NCBI GenBank assembly: GCA_944390915.1
Contig: CALXRS010000002.1
Location: 18,707-82,706 of the forward strand
Length of the DNA stretch: 64,000 nt
Direction of reading: 5' to 3'
Source: an uncultured Alphaproteobacteria bacterium
GTDB lineage: Bacteria > Pseudomonadota > Alphaproteobacteria > RF32 > CAG-239
Shown piece by piece: positions 17,683-25,523 of this stretch (its first letter is position 1; the number at the start of each line of letters is the position of its first letter). The notes under the pieces are model-generated. The model made no database searches. It worked only from the letters and a program-made list of their open reading frames with translations, and was not told where the DNA came from. The position numbers and the translations under genes are program-made.

Positions 17683-18266
17683 GAATTGACAAGTTCGGAA
17701 AAATAAACCACGTCTTTGCCGTTTTCTTCCGCCCGTTGGAGAGCAAAAATAGCTTTGCCTACCAGAGTGTTCACGCTGTCGGCCGGGTTGTGCTCATACA
17801 AAACCGCGCCCATTTTGCACGACCGATGATAAACGCCGCCGGCGGCGGAAAGCGGTTTGGCAAGCGTTGATTTTATTTTTTCGATAATCACTTTGCCGTC
17901 TTCGCGACTTTCCAGATACGGCATCATCAGCCAAAACTGATAATTGATGCCGCGCGCCACCGTATAATTTTCGGGCAGCAGTTCAACCAGTTCTCTGGCC
18001 GTTTGCCGGATAACGTCGTCGCGGGCGGAACCTTCGGCAAAAGAGGCCAGATTTTCGATTTTTATGCCGACTACGGCAATTTTTAAGCGGCGCAACCGCA
18101 GGTTTTTTGCTTTTTCGTTGGTCAAAGCAACCTGCAACCGGTCTTCAAACAGATTAAAACTCGGCAGGCCGGTCAACCCGTCATACATGCATTCGGGATA
18201 ATCATCCGGTTTGGTGTAGCCGAAATTCATGCCGTCCGCCCCGCCGTTGTTTGTTTGCGCCATCAT
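17679..18266 (-). CDS. Stand-alone degenerate GGDEF-domain protein
   Basis: YDGLTGLPSFNLFEDRL marks the start of a GGDEF domain. The signature position reads ARGINYQF instead of RxGGDEF, and the DxD-type metal site region reads VGIKIENL. Confidence 0.7.
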   Translation of the reverse strand: MMAQTNNGGADGMNFGYTKPDDYPECMYDGLTGLPSFNLFEDRLQVALTNEKAKNLRLRRLKIAVVGIKIENLASFAEGSARDDVIRQTARELVELLPENYTVARGINYQFWLMMPYLESREDGKVIIEKIKSTLAKPLSAAGGVYHRSCKMGAVLYEHNPADSVNTLVGKAIFALQRAEENGKDVVYFSELVNS

Positions 18267-18312
18267 CTTCTCCTTATCGTATTTATGTCCGTTAAATTAA
18301 GTTATGACACTT

Positions 18313-19209
18313 TTACTGCAAAACTTCAACCGCTTTTCTGATTTTGCGGATGGAATTAAGCTCTATCTGACGGACGCGCTCCTTGGAAATGGCATAGGAC
18401 TTGCTCAAATCGTCAAGCGTTACCGATTTTTCGTACAGACGACGCTTAAACAAAATATCCTTCTCCCGCGGATTCAAACAGCCGAGCGCCTGCGTAAACA
18501 GCTTTTTGCGATAATTGAAAACCTCCGTCCGGCCGAATTTTTCTTCCTGATTGGGTTTGGAGTCGGCAATAAAATCCAAAAGCTCCGCTCCGTTTTCCGT
18601 CGCGGCGTCCACCCGAATGTTGAGCGATCCGTCGTGCGCCCGAAGCCGGGTGTTCATGTCGGTCACCTCCTGCGCGCTGACGTCAAGGGTGCGGGCAATG
18701 TTGCCGATAATCTCCGGCGACATTTCCCGATCATCGGTCAGGTTCAGACGGTTTTTCATTTTCCGCAGATTAAAAAACAGTTTTTTCTGCGCCGCCGTCG
18801 TCCCGATTTTGACCAAAGACCACGAATTCAGCACATATTTCTGCACCGCCGCCCGTATCCACCACAGGGCATAGGTGGAAAAGCGAAAACCCTTGTCGGG
18901 GTCAAACCTGTCCACGGCATAGAGCAGACCGATGTTGCCTTCGGATATCATTTCCGCCGTCGGCAGCCCGTAGCCGCGAAATTTTGACACCACTTTCACC
19001 ACCAGCCGCAAATGCGAGGTGACAAGCCTGTACGAAATTTTGGCATCGTGGGTGCGGACATATTCTTTGGCCAGTTCATACTCTTCTTCCGGCGACAAAA
19101 CGGGAAAACGTTTAATATTCTGCAAATAGCGTGATAAATTGACTTCCGGCGAAAAATCCGCCGCCTCGAAAACAACCTGATTGTCCATAAACTTCCTCCT
19201 CCCGGCCAA
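18313..19209 (-). CDS. rpoH: RNA polymerase sigma-32 (heat-shock) factor
   Basis: Sigma-70 regions 2-4 plus an RpoH-box-like AQKKLFFNLRKMK. Confidence 0.9.
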   Translation of the reverse strand: MAGRRKFMDNQVVFEAADFSPEVNLSRYLQNIKRFPVLSPEEEYELAKEYVRTHDAKISYRLVTSHLRLVVKVVSKFRGYGLPTAEMISEGNIGLLYAVDRFDPDKGFRFSTYALWWIRAAVQKYVLNSWSLVKIGTTAAQKKLFFNLRKMKNRLNLTDDREMSPEIIGNIARTLDVSAQEVTDMNTRLRAHDGSLNIRVDAATENGAELLDFIADSKPNQEEKFGRTEVFNYRKKLFTQALGCLNPREKDILFKRRLYEKSVTLDDLSKSYAISKERVRQIELNSIRKIRKAVEVLQ

Positions 19210-19252
19210 AGGGCTCCGCGCCGGCCGGCAAGATTGTTTTTATGCCCGGTTT

Positions 19253-20251
19253 TTATTTTGGAGAATAACCTAAATTTAGTGCACAGACATCTAAAAGCAG
19301 GCGCATATCTTCCGGGAAAGGCGAAAAAAACTGCATTTTTTCACCGCGTTGAGGATGGACAAAGCCGAGCGAAGCCGCATGCAGCGCCTGCCGCGGAAAA
19401 GCGCGGACAACCCCGCAGACGTTGTCCGGCAACCCGGCAAGCCTGTTTTTGCCGGCACCCGTATACAGCCTGTCACCGACCAGATGACAGCCCACGGACG
19501 ACATATGCACCCTTATCTGATGGGTGCGGCCGGTTTCCAGATTGCACTGCACCAGACTGACAACACCATTTAAGCTTTGCAGACAACGATAATGAGTTAC
19601 CGCAGGCTTGCCTCCGGTTTTGCTTATGGCCATTTTCTGGCGGTCAAACCGGCTGCGGGCAATATTGCCTTCTATCGTCCCCGTCGCCGGTTCCGGCCGG
19701 CCGTAGACCACGGCATAATAGGTACGTTCGATACTGTGTTCAAAAAACTGCGCAGCCAGCCCCTGATGGGCAAAATCATTTTTGGCCGCCACCAACAGCC
19801 CGCTGGTGTCTTTGTCGATGCGGTGGACGATGCCCGGCCGTTTCACCCCGCCGACGCCGGAAAGATTGTCGCGACAATGCCAGAGAAGCGCGTTGACCAA
19901 CGTGCCGTGACAGGCGCCGGGCGCCGGATGCACGACCATTCCCGCCGGTTTGTTGACAACGATCAGGTCGTCGTCTTCATACACCACGTCGAGCGGGATG
20001 TTTTCGGCGGCCGGTTCGGCTTCTTCGGCCGGCGGCACAAACACCGTGAAAGCGTCGCCCTCGCGCACGCGGAAATCTTTGTCCGTCACGATATTGTCAT
20101 CCACGCCGACAAAACCGCCGGCAATCAGCTTTTGCAGCCGGGCGCGCGACATCTGCGGCAGGTTTTCCTTCAGGAACAGATCAAGCCGCATGCCGGTGCG
20201 GCAGGCTTCCGCCGGCGGTGTAAAAAATATGTTGCTGTCGTCCATATTCAT
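19253..20251 (-). CDS. rluD: 23S rRNA pseudouridine synthase, RluA/RluD family
   Basis: N-terminal S4 domain (RLDLFL...SRARLQKLI) and catalytic HRIDKDTSGLLV motif. Confidence 0.9.
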   Translation of the reverse strand: MNMDDSNIFFTPPAEACRTGMRLDLFLKENLPQMSRARLQKLIAGGFVGVDDNIVTDKDFRVREGDAFTVFVPPAEEAEPAAENIPLDVVYEDDDLIVVNKPAGMVVHPAPGACHGTLVNALLWHCRDNLSGVGGVKRPGIVHRIDKDTSGLLVAAKNDFAHQGLAAQFFEHSIERTYYAVVYGRPEPATGTIEGNIARSRFDRQKMAISKTGGKPAVTHYRCLQSLNGVVSLVQCNLETGRTHQIRVHMSSVGCHLVGDRLYTGAGKNRLAGLPDNVCGVVRAFPRQALHAASLGFVHPQRGEKMQFFSPFPEDMRLLLDVCALNLGYSPK

Positions 20252-20331
20252 ATTTGCGAAAATAAAATTTGTGTTGTATAATCTTTTCTGATATATACAG
20301 TTTGTCTGCCAAATTGCAAGGATTTAAGTGG

Positions 20332-20625
20332 ATGCTGAAACTGAAAATACTCAAAGCGGCCGTGTTTGTCATGACTTTTCTGATCGTTTTCGGCCTGTTG
20401 TTTATTGTCGGCCGGCTGGCCGGAGCATTCGGCAAAACGGCGGCCGCCCGCAAACAGCCGCCGCAAACGGTTTCCCTGGGCGAAGAGGCCGGCAGCCGCA
20501 TAAAGCAGATAACGGCGGACGGCAAATATCTTTATCTGCTGACAACAGACGACAAGACCGCCGACAAAATCATTATTTTCGACACGGAAAAATTCCGGCG
20601 TGTTTCCGCCATCAACATTAATTGA
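20332..20625 (+). CDS. Cluster protein 1: small N-terminally anchored protein (97 aa)
   Basis: Internal ATG at 20332 of track ORF 20269..20625. TM AAVFVMTFLIVFGLLFIVG followed by a beta-rich tail (GKYLYLLTTDDKTADKIIIFD). Confidence 0.55.
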   Translation: MLKLKILKAAVFVMTFLIVFGLLFIVGRLAGAFGKTAAARKQPPQTVSLGEEAGSRIKQITADGKYLYLLTTDDKTADKIIIFDTEKFRRVSAININ

Positions 20626-20632
20626 GGTAAAA

Positions 20633-21547
20633 ATGAGCGAAGATTCCGAAGACATCATCAAAAAACTGACTGAAGACGTTCCCGATAACGCAACCGTTGC
20701 CCCTGTCGACGAAGACGAAGAATTCAACCTGCTGCTCGACAGTTTTATTCAGTCGGAACTGCAAAACATCGAAGAAGAAAAGCAAAATACGCGGATTATG
20801 CTGGAGGAACCGGAACCAAAACCGATTGAACAAAACGCAAGCGACGACGAAGTGGCGGACTCTCTCGAACTGGCCGAACAAAAACTTTATACGGCCTACC
20901 GCAACTATGTGGACTCCATTGCCGCCATTGCCGACACTCACAAACTGGCAATGCCGGTTTTTCACATTAAGGCGCAGGTTTTGTATCCGCGCTACACACC
21001 AAGCCTCGGCAACCTCATCAGCATCGACGTATTGCAGGGCTGGGACACGATGTTTGAGGCCTTTCCCGACGACATTCTCAAAATCAAGCCCAACGCCTCC
21101 GACGAAGAACTGCTCGACTTTGCCGAACAACATACGGACGAAAACCTGCAGATGGCCGTCGTTTCCTATGTGGAAATTCTGTTTGAAATCGAAGGCTGCG
21201 AAATCGCTTACGAAAAACGCCTGCTGGAATACGAACATCGCAAGATAGAAGAAGAAATCATCGCCGAACACAAAAAACGCGGCGAACGCGCCCGCAAATA
21301 TATCGACGCCGTCGAAAAGAAAAATTTTCCGATAAACGCCGAACGGTTGATTAACGGCTATTTCAAAACGGCTCTGAAAGATCCCGAAGGTTCGTTTGCG
21401 GCGCTAACCACCAATCCGGCGATTTTTGCCCCGATAGAAATCGACAAAATCAAACCGCGCTTTTTCGGGCTCATCAAACCCACTCCGCGCGACGGACTGA
21501 TATATAACCGCAAGATAGGCGACTTTCTGAAAAAACTGAAAATTTGA
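20633..21547 (+). CDS. Cluster protein 2: acidic hydrophilic protein (304 aa)
   Basis: The ATG at 20633 is preceded by GAGGT and lies 7 nt after the stop of protein 1. Asp/Glu-rich N-terminus (MSEDSEDIIKKLTEDVPDN...DEDEEF). No TM segment and no recognised family. Confidence 0.6.
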   Translation: MSEDSEDIIKKLTEDVPDNATVAPVDEDEEFNLLLDSFIQSELQNIEEEKQNTRIMLEEPEPKPIEQNASDDEVADSLELAEQKLYTAYRNYVDSIAAIADTHKLAMPVFHIKAQVLYPRYTPSLGNLISIDVLQGWDTMFEAFPDDILKIKPNASDEELLDFAEQHTDENLQMAVVSYVEILFEIEGCEIAYEKRLLEYEHRKIEEEIIAEHKKRGERARKYIDAVEKKNFPINAERLINGYFKTALKDPEGSFAALTTNPAIFAPIEIDKIKPRFFGLIKPTPRDGLIYNRKIGDFLKKLKI

Positions 21548-21652
21548 CGACGGCGGCAAATTTGCAGAAAAATATAGACAAAATAAAAAAACAATGATAC
21601 TATTCCGATAAGAGTTGTTACTGTTTTTTTGAAAAAGACAAGGACGAGAAAA

Positions 21653-23398
21653 ATGGCACCAGAAGAAAAAACATCCGTGGAAATTTCGGAAGAACCGAAA
21701 AGCGCCCCCCGGGAATCGGAAAATACGGCACAGGCGGCTCCCGCGCAAGAAACTTCCGCTCCGGACAAAAGCTCCGACCAACCGGCGCTGACCGTCAGCC
21801 AGGGATCGAAAGACCCGATTTTAAGATTAGAGGAACTGAAAGGGAAACAATATCAGGGCGCGCTGACCATTGATGAAGCAAACGAACTGGCAAACCTGCA
21901 AAAACAGCAGGATGCTCAGGGACTGACCAAGCAGAAGCGAGACAATCGCAAACGCAAAAAAGTCAAACCCCAGGATTTCAAACCGGATGACGTCATCAAC
22001 TATATGTACGAACAATGGTTGCTGAAGCTCTTTACGAGAGCCGGCGCCAAGATTGAGGAAGTGGTAACCAACGGCGCCTATAAGCTGGAAGACCTCTACT
22101 ATAACAAGTTGCGAGAAAAGGCAAGCTCAGATACGCGTTATGCCGGCACCAATGCCTGCAAAAACTCCATAAGCGTTTCCGACATGCTGCGGCAAACCAG
22201 AAAAAACCTGGATCAACGCAGTTCCGGACAATTGGATGAAATCAACCGGCTGAGTAAACTCATCGGTGAAGGCAAAATGTCATCCGCTTCCGCCACCGAC
22301 CTGCTGGCGTTGTGCAAATGCATGAACATTCCCGCTTCCGAGGCGCAAAACAATCCGCAAATAAAAGCCATCGTTCAGGATTCGCTGGTCTACAAAGAAA
22401 AGCGGGAAGCCGTCTACAAAAACCTCGGCCTCACTCCCGAAGAAGTGGAAAAAAATCCTTATGCCTACAAAGATAAAATGAACCGGCTGAAAAACGCTCC
22501 GGACAAAAGCGACCTTTACCAGCAAACAAAAACGCTGGAAAAGGAAATGGCGGCGGCCAAAACCAACCTTGCCAAGCACGGCATGAGGTTTTCGCTTCAG
22601 CAAACACGAAACTTAACTTACGATACCTTTCTTGATCATACGGCTCTGATGATGAGCGCGGCGCAGATAACCGACAAAAACGCCCGCGACGGCAACGCCT
22701 TTGCCGGCAAAGACATCAAAGAAGTTTTTTCCGCCACGTTGGAAAGCAACCGCGCCACGCTCCGCGAGGCGACGGCCGAAGAAAAAAAGGCTTATGTCAG
22801 CGGCCAAAAAACGACAAACAAGGGACTTGCCATCAACGGCTATTACCAAATGGCTCAGATGGCGCACATCAACGCCTCTCACGCCGTTAACCAAAGAAAG
22901 ATAGCGGAAATGGACGCCAAAACGCCGGCAAACAAGTCTCTCGACCGACTGATCAAAATGGTGAACGAACAACGCAAAACACAACAAATGCCGGATATGG
23001 AACAGGTGGAAAAAAGCGTGCAGGCGGCCAAAGAAGAAAAACGGCAGTTTATGCAGGAATCTTCGGCAAACGCCGCGCCAAACACAGCCGCCGGCGCGCC
23101 GCGTGATCTTCGCGAAGAAGCCGCCGACGAACAAAGCGCCGCCAGCAGTTTGCAAGCCCGAAGCGACAAATTGCAACAAAAAAGAACCGCTCTGAAACAA
23201 AGGGAAGACGCGCACAACAATTCGCCGATTGCCGCCAGACTGAGCAGATTTAAGGACAATATTAAATCGAAAGCGAAAGAAGCGTACCAGAACAACCAAA
23301 TTAAAAACGAACTCGGCCAGTTGAACGATTTGGTCAAAAACAATTTCAACGGTTTTGACGGCGCGTTCATTCCCAAAGGCAGATACGGATACGATTGA
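21653..23398 (+). CDS. Cluster protein 3: large hydrophilic Lys/Gln/Ala-rich protein (581 aa)
   Basis: The ATG at 21653 is preceded by AAGGACGAG. No TM segments. Composition looks long-helical or coiled-coil. No recognised family. Confidence 0.6.
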   Translation: MAPEEKTSVEISEEPKSAPRESENTAQAAPAQETSAPDKSSDQPALTVSQGSKDPILRLEELKGKQYQGALTIDEANELANLQKQQDAQGLTKQKRDNRKRKKVKPQDFKPDDVINYMYEQWLLKLFTRAGAKIEEVVTNGAYKLEDLYYNKLREKASSDTRYAGTNACKNSISVSDMLRQTRKNLDQRSSGQLDEINRLSKLIGEGKMSSASATDLLALCKCMNIPASEAQNNPQIKAIVQDSLVYKEKREAVYKNLGLTPEEVEKNPYAYKDKMNRLKNAPDKSDLYQQTKTLEKEMAAAKTNLAKHGMRFSLQQTRNLTYDTFLDHTALMMSAAQITDKNARDGNAFAGKDIKEVFSATLESNRATLREATAEEKKAYVSGQKTTNKGLAINGYYQMAQMAHINASHAVNQRKIAEMDAKTPANKSLDRLIKMVNEQRKTQQMPDMEQVEKSVQAAKEEKRQFMQESSANAAPNTAAGAPRDLREEAADEQSAASSLQARSDKLQQKRTALKQREDAHNNSPIAARLSRFKDNIKSKAKEAYQNNQIKNELGQLNDLVKNNFNGFDGAFIPKGRYGYD

Positions 23399-23922
23399 TG
23401 AAAAAATTTACAAAATATCTGCGACTGCTGCTGATATTTGCCGGCTGGACGGCTCTTTATCTGTGGATTATCAGTCTGATAATGAGTTATTTTTGGCGCT
23501 TTAATATTTTTGAAAAACGCTACTGGCAGGTTATCGGCGAATTTTGGAGCGCCGGCGGGGTGATTGACCAACCGTCGGAATATATGTTTCTGCTGATGCT
23601 GATCTTAATTGTTCCGGTCTGGTTTTTCGGCTGGAAAAAAGCGCAAAAGCTGTCTTATGTCAAAATTATTTTCTTTCCCGTTTTTTGGTACAACGATTAT
23701 ATCGGCCGCAAATATGCCGGACAGCCGGGGCATGTCGTGCTGAAAAACATGGGCGGCGGCAAAATTAAAAAACAGACCCCGCAGCAGATGATGGAAGAAA
23801 TGATATCGAGCCGCATGCCGGCGGCAACCGAAAAAAAAGATCTTAATTCCAGCAAGATACGCGATAATTTTGCGCAAAAGAACCGCACGTTTCACGAAAA
23901 GGCACAGGCGGAAAACAAATAA
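23398..23922 (+). CDS. Cluster protein 4: polytopic membrane protein (174 aa), N-terminal domain paralogous to protein 5
   Basis: The ATG at 23398 shares 1 nt with the protein 3 stop (TGATG). Hydrophobic segments LLLIFAGWTALYLWIISLIM and YMFLLMLILIVPVWFFGW, then a basic tail. Confidence 0.6.
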   Translation: MKKFTKYLRLLLIFAGWTALYLWIISLIMSYFWRFNIFEKRYWQVIGEFWSAGGVIDQPSEYMFLLMLILIVPVWFFGWKKAQKLSYVKIIFFPVFWYNDYIGRKYAGQPGHVVLKNMGGGKIKKQTPQQMMEEMISSRMPAATEKKDLNSSKIRDNFAQKNRTFHEKAQAENK

Positions 23923-24004
23923 CCCGCAAAGGAAAACAAAAAAAAATAAAACACTTGTTAACATCTTATGCTTTAGAATAGGTAAAAATGATATGGAGAT
24001 ATAA

Positions 24005-25510
24005 TTGAAACCCTTACTGATACTGACCAGAATCATCATTGTCGGCCTGTTGTGGAGTGTTTTCTTTATGGAAAGCATTCGGGTTATCATGCTCCGCAAC
24101 TGGCATTTTGACATTTTAAACATGGAGCACTGGCAGATAGCCTGGGATTTGTGGCTCAATTCATGGGTTATTTCCGAACCCAAAGAATGGGCTTTTGTAT
24201 TAATTATCATCTCTTTCATTCCCTTGTGGTTTACGGGCTGGATTGCGCTCAGCCTGATTTCGTGGGGCAAGCTTTTCTGTTTTATCCTCACCCTGCCGTG
24301 GAAGCTGTTTAAGAATTTCTTCTACAAACCGGTCAAAATCATTACCACCAACACCGGGGTTACGCCGATTAAGCGAAAAAGATCCTACAAGGAAATCCGC
24401 CCGCGCGCGGTACGCCAACCGATCGGCGCCAACAGCGAGCTTGCACCGTCGCCCATCAGCATTCCGACGGTTTCGCCGATATTGTCCGTGCCCTCCGTCC
24501 CTTCCGCAGGTGTCTCTGCTCCGACGGCAGCCCCCGCCGCGGCGCCCAAAAACTTTGAGCATGCCCTGTTCAAATTTGATGACAATTTTGACGACATAGA
24601 TTTTGACATCGATTCGTTTGACGTGGAACCGCAAAAAGAAGAAAAACCGGCCGAACCCCGCAGCCGCAGAAATCAAAGTCGGAGCGAAGACGACTATGAA
24701 CCGCAGCGCCGCGAACGCAAAGACAATAACCGCAACCGCGAAACGCGCCGCGAACGCGAGGACGACCGCCGCCGCGAAGACAAAAGAGAAGAGCGGCGCG
24801 AAGACCGGAGAGAAGAGCGACGCGAGGACAAAAGAGAAGAACGCGCACGCGACCGTGATGACAACCGCAGAGAAAGCCGATATGACAAAGACCGCCGCGA
24901 AGACACTCGGGACAACCGCGGCAGAGGCGAACGCGGCGAAAGAAGCGAGCGCGGAGAAAGAAGCGAACGTGGCGAACGCGCCGCGCCGACGCAGATTTCC
25001 ACCCGCCAGCCGACCGGCTCCTGCATAGACATAATCAAACAAAAAGGTTACGAAGTTCTCAGCCGCGTCAGCATCAAAAACACGGTTGTCGACTATGTCG
25101 GCATCTCCGGCGACCGTATCTGTCTGTGTCTGCTCGACCGCGAACCTGGCGACTGGCTGGCCGACGAAGAGCGCTTTAACGACGAAGAACCTTTGTGGTT
25201 TTCGGAAAGTTCGCACAGAATTTCGCCGGTACGCAAAATAGACTTGGCAAAACAGGCTCTGCTTGATAAACTGGACAATGCGGAAATGAGCTTTACCGTT
25301 GACGCGTTCGTTGTTGTGCAGATAGGCAATATCATCAACGCCGAAGATATGTTCGATATCTGGAACGAATTAAACGTCAACGTTACCCGTATAGACAGAG
25401 GCACGCCCAAAGAGATAAAACTGTTTGCCCGCACCTTGCCCGAAGCGGAAAAAAGCATTTCAGCAGGAAAACTGGATAAAATCATGAAGCTTATTCGCAG
25501 CATGAATTAA
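24005..25510 (+). CDS. Cluster protein 5: membrane domain + Pro/Ser/Ala linker + hyper-charged R/E/D repeat tract + C-terminal globular domain (501 aa)
   Basis: TTG start at 24005 with GGAGA 8 nt upstream. This start is supported by alignment of TM1 with protein 4. aa ~210-326 are almost entirely R/E/D/K/N/S (REDKREERREDRREERREDKREER..GERGERSERGERSERGER). aa ~338-501 form an ordinary-composition domain. Confidence 0.65.
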   Translation: MKPLLILTRIIIVGLLWSVFFMESIRVIMLRNWHFDILNMEHWQIAWDLWLNSWVISEPKEWAFVLIIISFIPLWFTGWIALSLISWGKLFCFILTLPWKLFKNFFYKPVKIITTNTGVTPIKRKRSYKEIRPRAVRQPIGANSELAPSPISIPTVSPILSVPSVPSAGVSAPTAAPAAAPKNFEHALFKFDDNFDDIDFDIDSFDVEPQKEEKPAEPRSRRNQSRSEDDYEPQRRERKDNNRNRETRREREDDRRREDKREERREDRREERREDKREERARDRDDNRRESRYDKDRREDTRDNRGRGERGERSERGERSERGERAAPTQISTRQPTGSCIDIIKQKGYEVLSRVSIKNTVVDYVGISGDRICLCLLDREPGDWLADEERFNDEEPLWFSESSHRISPVRKIDLAKQALLDKLDNAEMSFTVDAFVVVQIGNIINAEDMFDIWNELNVNVTRIDRGTPKEIKLFARTLPEAEKSISAGKLDKIMKLIRSMN

Positions 25511-25523
25511 CGAGGAAAGACAA

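Noticed and set aside
24200-25216. 338-aa - strand ORF opposite cluster protein 5 (also 22613..23299, 22879..23571 and 20618..21271 opposite cluster proteins 2-3)
   Set aside because: The + strand ORFs have ribosome-binding sites, operon-like spacing, TM helices and a paralogous domain. The - strand translations are Phe/Ala/Arg-rich mirror images of the charged repeats.
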